A stretch of DNA of 64,000 nucleotides from Thermoanaerobaculia bacterium (GTDB lineage: Bacteria > Acidobacteriota > Thermoanaerobaculia > UBA5066). Position 1 is the stretch's first letter; each line of letters begins with the position of its first letter. Location of the stretch: NCBI GenBank assembly GCA_963816185.1, contig CAWFJJ010000021.1:53269-117268 (forward strand). The letters run 5' to 3'. Below, piece after piece: positions 38,175 through 48,452 of this stretch. The position numbers were made by a program, and so were the translations under genes. The notes beneath the pieces are model-generated. The model did not search any database. It was given only the letters and a program-made list of their open reading frames with translations, and was not told the origin of the DNA.

Positions 38175-38947
38175 CGCTTCGCCCGGCGGTCCGCGCGGAT
38201 GTCGGGCGCGAGAAGCGCCATCTCGCGGAGGATCGTCAGCACCGTGTGCGGAGACGACAGCGTCGAGAGCCCGCGCGTACGGGGAAAGTAGTCGAGGCCC
38301 ACCTGCTGGATCACGGCGCCGCGCGCGACGCAGCGCCCGAGGAGCTCGGCGTCGATGAAGGACCCCTCGCTCCTGAGCTTCAGCGCATCGAGAAGGCTTC
38401 GCCGGATGAGCTTGCACGAGAAGTTCACGTCGCGAAGCACGATTCCGAGGAAAAGGTGCACGAGGCCGTTGTAGACGAACGAGTAGAGCGAGCGCAGGAC
38501 TCCCTCTCCCGTGCGGTCGAGGCGGTACGCTGAGACGACGTCAGCGCCGGTGATCTCCGCGGCGCGGAAGAGGCGGCCCGTCTCGGCGAAATCCCAGGGC
38601 AGGTCGCAGTCGCTGTAGAGGATCCAGTCGCGCCGCGCGGCGGCAAAGCCGGTCCGGAGCGCGCCCCCGAGGCCCCGATTCGACGCGTGCGCGACGACGC
38701 GCAGTCGGGGCTCGCCTTCGGCGCGTGCCTGGGCGCGCGAAAGGGTTTCGTCCCTGGAGCCGTCGTCCACGAGAACGATCTCCCAATCGTCCGTATGCTC
38801 CTCGAGAGCCGGAATCGCGACGTCGAGGAGACGCGAGATGCTCTTCTCCTCGTTGAACATCGGGACGACGAGAGAGACGGAGCGGGCGGGGCGCACGCCG
38901 CACGCCGAGGCCGAGCCGGGGTCTTCCGGTGTCACGGAGCGGAGCAT
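38171..38947 (-). CDS. GT2 polyprenol-phosphate glycosyltransferase (DPM1/ArnC-like)
   Basis: VVPMFNEE, VDDGSRD, NRGLGGAL, DCD, FIDAELL. Confidence 0.92.
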   Translation of the reverse strand: MLRSVTPEDPGSASACGVRPARSVSLVVPMFNEEKSISRLLDVAIPALEEHTDDWEIVLVDDGSRDETLSRAQARAEGEPRLRVVAHASNRGLGGALRTGFAAARRDWILYSDCDLPWDFAETGRLFRAAEITGADVVSAYRLDRTGEGVLRSLYSFVYNGLVHLFLGIVLRDVNFSCKLIRRSLLDALKLRSEGSFIDAELLGRCVARGAVIQQVGLDYFPRTRGLSTLSSPHTVLTILREMALLAPDIRADRRAKR

Positions 38948-38968
38948 AACCGGCTTCAGCCGGCTCCA

Positions 38969-40060
38969 TCACGACACGAAGTGCCAGTTCACGAAGAAAG
39001 CGGCGCGCAGGAGGAGCAGCGCCGTCGAGAGCGCGAGTGCCGCGACGCGCAGGACGGGCCGGTGCTCGAAGAGCTCGAAGAGCAGGATGTGTCCGGGGAA
39101 GATCGTCGCGGTGTACCGCGGCACGCCGTTCGTCGTGCCCGTGAGGAATGCAAGGCCGAGGGCCCCCGCCGTCCACGCCGCGTCGGAATATCTGCGCCTG
39201 TGAAGCTGCACGGCGGCGAGAACGGCGAAAAGCGTGAAGTGCGCGAGCGGAGCGATCGCGCCCGGGTGCCGGAAGAGGGTGTCGCCCGAGAAGAGCGCGA
39301 CCTGCTCTCTCAGGAACGACACGGCCCCGTCGATGGGGCTCGTCGAGCGATGCTCCCAGGCTCCCATCGCGCGGAAGAAGAGCCCGGGTTCGCCCTTCCA
39401 CCATCCGATCCCGAGCACGTATGCGAGGACGCCCGCGAGCGGAGCGACGGCGAGGGCAGCCGCCGCCGGCGGCCTCTTCTTCGAGCCGGGGCGGAGGACG
39501 TACGCGAGCGCGAGCGCGGGGCCGACCGCGGCCGCCGGGGCGCGGGTCAGGCCGAGCAACAGGCCGACGAGGGCCGCCGCAAAAGGACGCTCCGTGCGGA
39601 TGAACCGGAAGGCGAGGAGCGCGAGCAGGAAGAAGAGCGACTCCGTGTACGCGGCCGCGAAGAAGAATGCCACGGGATAAAGGAGAAGAAACGGCAGCGG
39701 TCCACGTGCGCGGTCCGGCCCCAGGCGCGCGCGGCACTCCTCTCCGAAAAGAGGCAGCGCGAAGACGAATGCGGTCCACGAGACGCCCGTGAGCGCCCAA
39801 AGTGGGTTCAGGCCCGTGAGAAGGTAGAGGCCTCGCGCAAGCATCGGGTAGAGCGGGAAGAACGCGTGCGCCGCCTCCGCGCCCGGGGGCGGAGGCGGAC
39901 CGTACCCGTTGCGGGCGATGCTGAAATACCAACCCGAGTCGTAGCGTGCGAAATAGGGAATCGCCGCGTCGCCCCACGGCGAAGGGCGCGCGAGCGGCAG
40001 CACGTGGATGGCGAAGGCGGCCCAGAGGTGGAGAGCGGCGAGCCACGCGAGCGCGAGCAT
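38969..40060 (-). CDS. GT-C glycosyltransferase, PIG-V/Mannosyl_trans2-like
   Basis: RYDSGWYFSIARNGY, AFFPLYP, YTESLF, TR, PRY; many TM helices. Confidence 0.85.
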   Translation of the reverse strand: MLALAWLAALHLWAAFAIHVLPLARPSPWGDAAIPYFARYDSGWYFSIARNGYGPPPPPGAEAAHAFFPLYPMLARGLYLLTGLNPLWALTGVSWTAFVFALPLFGEECRARLGPDRARGPLPFLLLYPVAFFFAAAYTESLFFLLALLAFRFIRTERPFAAALVGLLLGLTRAPAAAVGPALALAYVLRPGSKKRPPAAAALAVAPLAGVLAYVLGIGWWKGEPGLFFRAMGAWEHRSTSPIDGAVSFLREQVALFSGDTLFRHPGAIAPLAHFTLFAVLAAVQLHRRRYSDAAWTAGALGLAFLTGTTNGVPRYTATIFPGHILLFELFEHRPVLRVAALALSTALLLLRAAFFVNWHFVS

Positions 40061-40150
40061 GGAGAGGCGCCTGTTCTCGACACCTCGAAAGGGCCACGGA
40101 AAAGCGGAGGAGGATTCAGGGGCGTTCGTGCCTGTAGTCTACGGGCGAAT

Positions 40151-40849
40151 ATGGAGAGGCGAAGCGAGACGACTGCGAAGGGTCTCCTCGCGCTGGGGCC
40201 CGGCGAATCGTCGGAGCTCTGGAAAGCCGCCTCCTCGCTCCCGCTACCCGAGCGCGTGCACCTCGCCCTGCGGTTTCGAAGCGCGCCCTGGACGAAGGTC
40301 GTCGGCGACCTCGAATCGGGCGGCGCGCTCGTGGATTTCGGGTGCGGTCCGGGCTTGCTCGCGCATCTCCTCGCCCGCACCGGCTTCTCGGGGACGTATC
40401 TCGGCCTCGATCCGGACCCGCGCAAGATCGACCGCGCGCGCCGCTGGCTTCCGGAAACCGCGGCGCGAAGGTTCGAGGTGGGCGGCGTGGAGGCCGCGCC
40501 TCCCGGCGCCTTCTCGCAGGCGGCCCTGATCGACGTTCTCTACCTCGTGCCGCCGGGCGAGAGGGTGGGCTTCGTCTCGCGCGCCGCGCACGCCCTCTTG
40601 CCGGGCGGGCGCATCGTCGCGCTGACGAGCGGAGGGGGCCCGCGCTGGAAGCGGCGGTTGGATTCTGCGCAGGAGCGGATCGCCGTCGGCCTCGGCCTCA
40701 CGCGGGGTGCGGCGGTCGCGACGTGCGACGGGGAGGAGATCGCAGCGCTCTTTTTTGGCATGGGTCTCGAGGCAGTCGGGATCGCCGACGTCGGACGCGG
40801 CCATCTCCACGGGTTCGAGCTCGTCACGGCGCGCCGCCCCTCCGCTTGA
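40151..40849 (+). CDS. Class I SAM-dependent methyltransferase
   Basis: LVDFGCGPG, GLDPD, IDVLYL; start ATG 40151. Confidence 0.85.
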   Translation: MERRSETTAKGLLALGPGESSELWKAASSLPLPERVHLALRFRSAPWTKVVGDLESGGALVDFGCGPGLLAHLLARTGFSGTYLGLDPDPRKIDRARRWLPETAARRFEVGGVEAAPPGAFSQAALIDVLYLVPPGERVGFVSRAAHALLPGGRIVALTSGGGPRWKRRLDSAQERIAVGLGLTRGAAVATCDGEEIAALFFGMGLEAVGIADVGRGHLHGFELVTARRPSA

Positions 40850-40855
40850 CGCCGC

Positions 40856-43800
40856 GTGCTTTTTCCGAAATCGTCCGGTGAAAGGCAGCCAGGCAACGGC
40901 TCTGCGGGAGGACGGACGGTGCCCTCGAAGGCGCTCCGGCAGTGGACGATTCCGCGCCGCGATCTTGCGGCTGGCGGGTCGGCGCTCGTGCGGCTCGCGC
41001 ATCCCCTGCTGCCCGTATTCGTTTCGGCTCGACCCGGGGCGAAAGGCCTCGTGCTCTCCGTCGAAGGAACGGGTCCCGCCCCGCTCACGCGTCTCGACGC
41101 ACCCGCACGCCGCGCGTACCTGGTGAGGCTGGGCTCTCTCGCGGGATTCCTGTCGTTTCACGGCCTCGGCCTCGCCCCCGAGGACCTCTCCCGTCTGGGC
41201 GCGCGCCACGGTGAACCGGAACGGCCGGCCCTGGGCGCCCCTCCCGTCGCCGCGTGGCGCGCGGTGTCGCCCGCTCTCGTGGTTGCCGGCGCCGCCGTTC
41301 GGCTCGGTGGTGGAAACGCCGGAGGCAAGGATCCGGAGTCGTTGCGCGGCGCGGTCGAGACGGCCCTCGACGGCGCGCTTCCCCGCGACGTTGCGGAGGA
41401 CGTCGTCACGGCTCTGCGAGCGGAGGACGCGCGTGGACGATCCGAGGGACTCGTCTCCGAGCTGGCGAGGCGGGGTGGCGTCGGGCGCGCGGTGTCACGG
41501 GACCTCCTGGGCCTTGCTCTTCCGGCTGCGTTCGCCACCGACGAGGGCAGGTCGGGCCCCGCGACGGCGGTAGGAGATGCGTCTCTCTGGCTCGCCCGGG
41601 GCGCTGCGCGCCGGGAGGAGCCGCCGGCGTTCGCCGAGTGCACGGCGGGCTCCGCGCTGGAGGAAGGGGGAGCCCTTCGGCGTCTCGCCTTCGCTCTCGG
41701 GGACGACCCGCGTGCGGCCGGCCTGCACTCTCTCGCAAATGGATCGCGGCCGGCTCGCCCTGCCGAGGGCCCCCCGATCGCCCTCGTCGCGATTTCTCTC
41801 GAGCGATGGGATGCGCGGTCGCGCCGTGCGTTCGAGAGGGACCTCTTCCGCTACGGCTTCCGCCTCCTCGCGACTCGGGCCGGCCGCCTCGAGCCCTGGG
41901 AGGACGTGCCGCTCCTCTCCTTCCGCCTCGGCGCCGGGGATGCGGCCTCGCTCCTCTGGCTTCCGTTTGCGTCCGTACACGATGCCGTGGCGGCCTGGGG
42001 CGAGGCGGAGGATTCCGCTCGAGCCGCGGCGGATGCCGGACGCATCCTCGAAGTGGCGCGGGATCTCGCCGCGCGGTTCGATCCGGGAGAGGGGCGTGTC
42101 GCGTCGGGGCGCGTGCGGCCCGCGAAGTCACGGCCCGGTCTCGTCCTCGAGGCGGCCTCCCTTCTCGCTCCGGGGTTCCGGGTTGCCGAGGCGGCCACGG
42201 CCGCAGGCGTCGCGCAGAAGACCGCGGAGGAGGCGCTTGCGAGCGCCGTCGACGAGGGAGTTCTCTTGCCCGCGCCGGAAGGGGAGCACGTGTATCGGGA
42301 CGACGACGAGCGCCGACGGATCGCCTCGCGTGTGCCGGCTTCCGCGCGGCGAGACGCGGTGGCCCGCCTCGAGTCGTCCGGCGCCGCGGGAGAGCGCTTC
42401 GCGATCGCCGCTCTTGCCAGAGGCAACGCCGTTGATCTCGCGGCGGCGCGGGCCGCTCTCGACGTGGCAGCCGCACGCGAGGACCTCGCCGTGGCGGCCG
42501 AAATCCTCGCGCGCGCCCCACGAAAAGCTCCCGACCTGGGCCGGCCTCTTCTCGCCGTTCGGGTTCTGCAGGCCGCGGGAAGGCCTCAGGCCGCGCGGCA
42601 AGCGGCGCGGCGGATTTCGGCCGGGACCTGGCGCGAGGTCTCGCTCGGCGAGCGTCTCGCGACGGCCCGAGCGCTCGTCTCCCTTCGCGAGGAGGAGCGC
42701 GCGCTGGCGCTCTGCCCCGGGGGAGCGCCCGACGAAGACGTCGCGCGCGCACGGGTTCTCGTGGAGTCCTGCCACGACGAGGCGGCCCGGCGGGTGCTCG
42801 CGCGCGCGGCGAAGCACCTCTCGGAGGCACCGGTTTCGCTCCGTCTCGATGAGAGGCTCCTTGCCGCGGAACTCCACGAGCGAGCCCACGACTATGGCGC
42901 CGCCTCCGCCGCGCTCGCCGAGGCCGGCGCCCTGCTGCCCGGCGTAGAAGAGCACGGGCTCGCACGCGAGCTCGCACGAACGGCGGGATACCTCGCGAAC
43001 GACCTCGGCCGGACGGACGAGGCGATCGCGCTGTTCCGCCGTGCGGAGGCGCTCTCGCGAAACGGCCTCGAACGGGCAGATGCGGCTTACGACGTCGCCC
43101 ATGCGGCTCTCGACGGCGGGCGCCTCGACGTCGCGGCTCGCGAGCTGGACGCCGCGCTCGGCCTTTACGCGGCGGGCCGGCACGAACAGCGTTACCTCTC
43201 GGCGCTCGGCAACCGCATCGACCTTCTCCTCAAGTCCGGCGATTTCTCCTCCGCGCGCGCCGTTCTCGGGCGCGTTCTGCCGCACGAGCGGGCGAGAGGG
43301 CGAAACCACCAAATTCTCTTCGCGATCCCGAGTTTGCAGGAGCTCGCGCTTCTCGACGGGGACGACGGCGAGGCCGCGGCGGCGTTCCGCGAAGCCCTGG
43401 AGCGCGGCACTTCAGACCCGTCGCACCCGGCCTGGCGGGAGATTCTCCTGCTCGAAGCCGAGCGCGTTCTCGCGGCGCAGGATCCCGACGAGGCGCTCGC
43501 GCTTCTCGCGCGGGCGGAGCGGATTCCGGACAACCGCTCCCGCACGGAGGGACGCCGCATGCGCCTCGAGGCCTCCGCCTCACGCGATGCAGGACGGCCG
43601 CTTCATGGGCGGCTCCCCGTCTGGAGCACCGAAGAGCTCGCCCTTCTCGACGCCGAGACGGCGCTTGCCTCGGGCCGTGCGCCCTCGGACGCCGTCAGCG
43701 CGGCGCTCGAGCGCGTCGCCTCTTCGGGTGCGGGCGCGGGTCTCGCCGTCCGCCGCGTTCTCGAATGGCGCGGCCGGTTTCCTTCCGTCTTCGCGACGTC

Positions 43801-44857
43801 GTCCGCCGGCCCCCTCGTGAGGCTCGCCCGCCGCCTCGCCGCGCGGGCGGGTCTCGCCCGCGCGGAGCAATGCTTCATTCGGTTGCTCGAACAGGGAGCA
43901 CCGGCCGAGGCTCACCCGCCTCCTTCGCCCGTGGCTTTTTCGATCGTGGCGGAAGATCCCGCCACGCGTGACGTCTTCGAGAAAGCGGCTCGCGTCGCGC
44001 GGTCGACGATCTTCGTGCTCCTCCTCGGCGAGAGCGGAACGGGCAAGGAGATCGTGGCCCGCGAGGTCCACCGGCTCTCGGGGCGGCGCGGACCCCTCGT
44101 CGCGGTGAACGTCGCCGCTCTTCCGGGGACGCTCGCGGAGGCGGAGCTGTTCGGACATGCCCGAGGGGCTTTCACGGGAGCCGACCGGGACCGCAAGGGG
44201 CTCGTCGAGGAATCTTCCGGAGGCACTCTCCTTCTCGACGAAATCGGAGACCTTCCGCAGGCGCTTCAGGGCAAGCTCCTGCGCGTTCTCCAGGAGAACG
44301 AAGTGCGCCGCCTCGGCGAAACCGCCGTGAGGCACGTGGATCTGCGCGTCGTCGCGGCGACACACAGGCCGCTCAAGGAGATGGCCGAGGCAGGGGTGTT
44401 TCGGGCCGATCTCTATTTCCGCCTCGCGGGTCTCGAGCTGGAGCTGCGCCCGCTCCGCGAGCGCCCAGCCGACCTCGTCCGCTTCATCGAAGAGGGCCTT
44501 CGCTCCCGTGCGACGCTGACGCGCGAGGCCTCGGCCGCCCTCCGCGCCTGGCCCTGGCCCGGCAACGTGCGCGAGCTTCTCGCCGCGCTCGAGGCGGCGG
44601 TTACGTTCGCCGCGCCCGGGCGCGTCGTCCGTCTCGAGCACCTTCCGCGAGCCCTGCGCGAGAGGTGCGCCGGGAAGGCCGCCCCGCACTCGTACAGGGA
44701 CGCGGTCAATGCCGCCCGCGTCGCGGCGATCGAGAACGCCCTCTTCGAAGCGGCCGGAAACCGGACTCGCGCCGCGCGCCTCCTGGGGATCTCGCGCCAG
44801 TCTCTGCTCTACGAGATGAAGAAGCTCCGGATCGGAGCGCCGCGCCTCGAACGCTAG
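40856..44857 (+). CDS. Giant sigma-54-dependent activator (degenerate kinase-like N-terminus, TPR-like repeats, AAA+, Fis HTH)
   Basis: [51 protein letters not shown]. Confidence 0.9.
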   Translation: MLFPKSSGERQPGNGSAGGRTVPSKALRQWTIPRRDLAAGGSALVRLAHPLLPVFVSARPGAKGLVLSVEGTGPAPLTRLDAPARRAYLVRLGSLAGFLSFHGLGLAPEDLSRLGARHGEPERPALGAPPVAAWRAVSPALVVAGAAVRLGGGNAGGKDPESLRGAVETALDGALPRDVAEDVVTALRAEDARGRSEGLVSELARRGGVGRAVSRDLLGLALPAAFATDEGRSGPATAVGDASLWLARGAARREEPPAFAECTAGSALEEGGALRRLAFALGDDPRAAGLHSLANGSRPARPAEGPPIALVAISLERWDARSRRAFERDLFRYGFRLLATRAGRLEPWEDVPLLSFRLGAGDAASLLWLPFASVHDAVAAWGEAEDSARAAADAGRILEVARDLAARFDPGEGRVASGRVRPAKSRPGLVLEAASLLAPGFRVAEAATAAGVAQKTAEEALASAVDEGVLLPAPEGEHVYRDDDERRRIASRVPASARRDAVARLESSGAAGERFAIAALARGNAVDLAAARAALDVAAAREDLAVAAEILARAPRKAPDLGRPLLAVRVLQAAGRPQAARQAARRISAGTWREVSLGERLATARALVSLREEERALALCPGGAPDEDVARARVLVESCHDEAARRVLARAAKHLSEAPVSLRLDERLLAAELHERAHDYGAASAALAEAGALLPGVEEHGLARELARTAGYLANDLGRTDEAIALFRRAEALSRNGLERADAAYDVAHAALDGGRLDVAARELDAALGLYAAGRHEQRYLSALGNRIDLLLKSGDFSSARAVLGRVLPHERARGRNHQILFAIPSLQELALLDGDDGEAAAAFREALERGTSDPSHPAWREILLLEAERVLAAQDPDEALALLARAERIPDNRSRTEGRRMRLEASASRDAGRPLHGRLPVWSTEELALLDAETALASGRAPSDAVSAALERVASSGAGAGLAVRRVLEWRGRFPSVFATSSAGPLVRLARRLAARAGLARAEQCFIRLLEQGAPAEAHPPPSPVAFSIVAEDPATRDVFEKAARVARSTIFVLLLGESGTGKEIVAREVHRLSGRRGPLVAVNVAALPGTLAEAELFGHARGAFTGADRDRKGLVEESSGGTLLLDEIGDLPQALQGKLLRVLQENEVRRLGETAVRHVDLRVVAATHRPLKEMAEAGVFRADLYFRLAGLELELRPLRERPADLVRFIEEGLRSRATLTREASAALRAWPWPGNVRELLAALEAAVTFAAPGRVVRLEHLPRALRERCAGKAAPHSYRDAVNAARVAAIENALFEAAGNRTRAARLLGISRQSLLYEMKKLRIGAPRLER

Positions 44858-44866
44858 ACTCCGCGC

Positions 44867-46922
44867 GTGTCCCTCCGCCGGCGTCTGGGTCTTGCGCTCC
44901 TCGCGCTGCTGCCGTTCCTGAACGCGCTCCCGTACGACTTCACATACGACGACAAGCTGATCATCCGCGACGACGAGCGCATCGCGAAGCCTGCGAGCGT
45001 GGCCGAGATCTTCACGACGCAGTATTTCGGCGGGGCGCTCACCTCGGCGCAGAACTACCGCCCCGTCCTTCTCCTGACATACGCCGTGCAGGAGTGGATT
45101 CATGGGAACCGGCCGTGGCTGTTCCGGGCCGTGAACCTCGCGCTCCACGCGGCGGTGACCGTGTCGTTCGCGATCTGGCTCGTCGCGCTCGGCTTCGCCG
45201 CGGGGGAGGCTTCCGCCGCGGCCGCGCTCTTTGCGGTCGCCACGATCCACGTGGAGGCCGTCACGTCCCTCGTCGGACGGGCCGAGCTCCTCGCGGCCTG
45301 GGGCGTCTTCGTCGTGGCGCTCCTCTGGCTGGCCGCGACGCGCGAAGGCCGGCTCGCGAAGCGCCCGTACGCGGCGGCGCTCGCCGTCTTCCTTCTTGCC
45401 GTTTTCGTCAAGGAGAACGCGGTGGTGGCGCCGGGCGTCATCCTCCTCGGCGAGCTTTTCCGGGGCGGCCGCGGCCGGTCGCCCCGGGAGGCGTGGCGGG
45501 GCCTTTCGCGGCCCGCGAGGTGGGGCCTCGCGGGCTTCGCCCTGCCGCTCGCCGCACTTTTCGCCGTCCGATTCGTCGTCATCAAGGGGTTTCTCATCTC
45601 GAAGGAAGCGGGCATTTTCGAGCTCGAGAACCCGCTCGTCGTGCTGTCCCCTGCGGTGCGCGCGGCGAACGCGCTGAATCTCGCCCTTCGCTATCTCGGA
45701 AAGACCCTCCTGCCGATCCACCTCTCCGCCGACCACTCTGCTTACGCGCTGCCGCTCGTCCGCTCGCTGCGCGAGCCGGCGGCATGGCTGGGCCTCTCGG
45801 GCGCCCTTCTCATCGCCGTCCTCGCGCTTGCGCTCTGGAAGAGGCGGCCGCTCGCGGCGCTCGGGCTGTGCTTTTTTGCGGGCGCGCTCTTTCCCGTCTC
45901 GAACGTGCCCTTCGTGATCGGGACGATCTTCGCGGAGCGGCTCGCATACCTTCCGTCCGCCGGGCTCTTCTGCCTCGTGGTCGGTCTCCTCGCGGCCCCC
46001 GTGCGCGAGGTCCCGCGGCCCGCAAGACCCTGGCGCGAGTCGCTTCTCCTCGCCGTGGTCGTCGCGTACGCGGCCGCGACGGTCGTGCGCAATCGCGTCT
46101 GGAAGGACGACGTGACCCTCTACGCGGACATGGTCGCGAAGGTCCCGCGCTCGGCGAAGGCGCATTACAACGTCGCCTGGGACGCGCAGCGCGAGGGCCG
46201 CCGCGCCGAGGCCGAGACGCATCTCCGCGAGGCGATCGCGATTTTTCCGGGCTACTACGACGCGTGGGCGCTTCTCGGCAAGCAGCTCTGGGACGAGAAG
46301 AAATGGGACGAGGCGATCGCGTGCTATCGCAAGTCCGTGGAGATCTTCCCGGCCTACGAGAACGGGAACTGGGGTCTCGCCAAGACGCTGGAGGAATCCG
46401 GGCGCACCGAGGAGGCTCGCAAGGCGTTCGAGGTCGCGAATGACCGCTTTCCCGATTCCTATCCCGTCGCGTACCACCGCGCGGCTTTTCTCGAGGAGCA
46501 CGGAACCCTCGAGGAGGCGGAGGACGCGTGGGACGATGCGGTCGAGAACGGGGACGGGAGCCGTGGCGGCGCGCCTCGCGCATGCTCGCGTTCTCCGGAA
46601 GCTCGGGCGCGAGGAAGAGGCCTGGGACGAGGTGCGCTGGGCGCTCGTGAACGATCCGGCGAACGCGGAGGCCCGCCGGTTTCTCGCGGAAGGCTACGAG
46701 CGCACGGGGCGGACGATCGCCGCAGGCGCCGAGTGGACGCGCGCCGTGCGCGCGAATCCCCAGGATCAGGTCCTCGCGTCCGAGCTCCTCGAATATGCCG
46801 TGCGCCACCCGGCGTCGCACTTCCGCGCGTCGCTTCTCGTGCCTGGCATCCGGCGCAGCATTCCGAACCCCGACGCGCGCCTCGCGAAGGCGCTCGCGGC
46901 GTTCACGGCGACGGCGGGCTGA
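44867..46922 (+). CDS. TMTC-like GT-C (DUF1736-type) + TPR protein; +1 frameshift near 46557
   Basis: FTYDD, YRP, HVEAV..VGRAE, KE, LSADH, FAERLAYLPS, then TPRs; removing one G in GACGGGAGCC joins the frame ending 46922. Confidence 0.85.
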
Positions 46923-47430
46923 GCTCGGCGCGCGCGGCCTCCTCCCGCTCGCTCGCGGTCCCGCGGGCGGCGGCGAGCTTCGCCCGGTGATGGCGAATGA
47001 GGTTCACGAGGACCACGTATGTGAGAGACCCGACGATCACGGCGAGGAAGAAACACCCGACCGCCATCTGGATTCCGATGGCCTTCATCGCGGGTCCCGC
47101 GGTCGTCCAGAACGAGCGCCGGAACATCTCGCGCCAGGGCAGGTGCGCGATCGCTTCGCGCCGGGCCCTGAGCAGGAGGCGCCCGATCGGGATCGCCACC
47201 GCGGCGATCGCCGGAAGCGTCAACGGATTCACGACGAGGGTCCCGAGGAGGACGTCCACCTTGTTGAGCCTGAGGATCACCGCGAGGAGGAGCGCGATGA
47301 CCCAGTGAAGCCCGAAAAGAGGCGTGAAGGAGATCGCGACGCCGATCGCAAACGACGCGGCGACGACTTCGGGCGGCGAATCGCTCCCGAGCATGTGGAG
47401 AAACCGGTGTTTGAAGGGATCAGGCTGCAA
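46903..47430 (-). CDS. DUF2062-family membrane protein
   Basis: [32 protein letters not shown]; start uncertain (TTG 47430). Confidence 0.8.
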   Translation of the reverse strand: MQPDPFKHRFLHMLGSDSPPEVVAASFAIGVAISFTPLFGLHWVIALLLAVILRLNKVDVLLGTLVVNPLTLPAIAAVAIPIGRLLLRARREAIAHLPWREMFRRSFWTTAGPAMKAIGIQMAVGCFFLAVIVGSLTYVVLVNLIRHHRAKLAAARGTASEREEAARAELSPPSP

Positions 47431-48452
47431 AGTGGTCGAAACCCGCGTCGGCAAGGGGGGCTCGCCGGCCGTCGCGCACGAGGCGGACGCCGGCGCCATC
47501 GTCGATCGTGCCGATTCGCCTCAGGGCGAAGCGGCCGGAGAGAGACTCGAGCACTGGCGAGCTTGCGCCGCGGCACCGTGAAGAGCAGCCCGTAATCTTC
47601 GCCCCCGTAGAGAGCCGTCGTCAGCGGGTCGAGGCCGAGCACGCCGCCGAGAGTGGAAAGAGCGGAGTCGGCCGGCAGAAGCGAGGCTTCGACGGTCGCG
47701 CCCACGTCCGAGGCGCGGCAGATCCGGTAGAGATCGCGCACGAGACCGTCCGAAACGTCGAGGGCCGCCGAGGCGAGCCCGCCGGCGGCGAGCGCGATGC
47801 CGAGCGCGAGCTGCGGGCGCGGATCGATCTGATGTCGGATGAGCCGCGCCTTCTCCGGCGCGCGCGGCGCCGGGACGCGGCGCCCCTTCGGATCGAGAAC
47901 CTCCTTCTCCGCGGAAAGACGATAGCCGGCCTCGAGCAGTTTCAGGCCTGCGGCGGCCGCGCCGAGCGTTCCCGAGACGTAGAGCGCGTCTCCCGGCTCT
48001 GCTCCGGAGCGCAGAAGCGGCTTCTCCGGCGCCTGCCCGAGCGCCGTCACGGTGACGAAGATCTTCTCGGACGCCGACAGGTCGCCGCCGACGACGGCCA
48101 GGCCGTGCTCGGCCGCCGCCTCGCGCATCCCCGAGACGAGCGCGTCGAGCCAGTCGGGTTGCGTCTTCTTCGGAAGCCCGAGCGCGAGGACGGCCCAGAG
48201 CGGGGTCGCCCCCATCGCGGCGAGGTCGGAGAGGTTCACGTTGATCGCCTTGCGCCCGAGCCGGCGGGGATCGGCGTCCCGGCGGAAGTCGTGCTCTTCG
48301 AGGAGCACGTCGGTCGTCACGGCGAGGCGCGAGGGCGCCGCGACGATGGCGGCGTCGTCGCCGATGCCCGTCTTCACGTCGCGCCGGCGCGTCGCGAATG
48401 CCGACGCCAGCCGTTGGACGATCGCGTCCTCGCGTGGCAGACCCGCCTTCAT
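47420..48452 (-). CDS. thiL: Thiamine-phosphate kinase; frameshift near 47540
   Basis: [35 protein letters not shown]; canonical C-terminus RIGTI...GFDHF lies in a shifted frame ending at TGA 47420. Confidence 0.92.

Noticed and set aside
47500-47560. Programmed frameshift in thiL
   Set aside because: No canonical slippery heptamer seen; an indel in a short dinucleotide run is more simply an assembly error.
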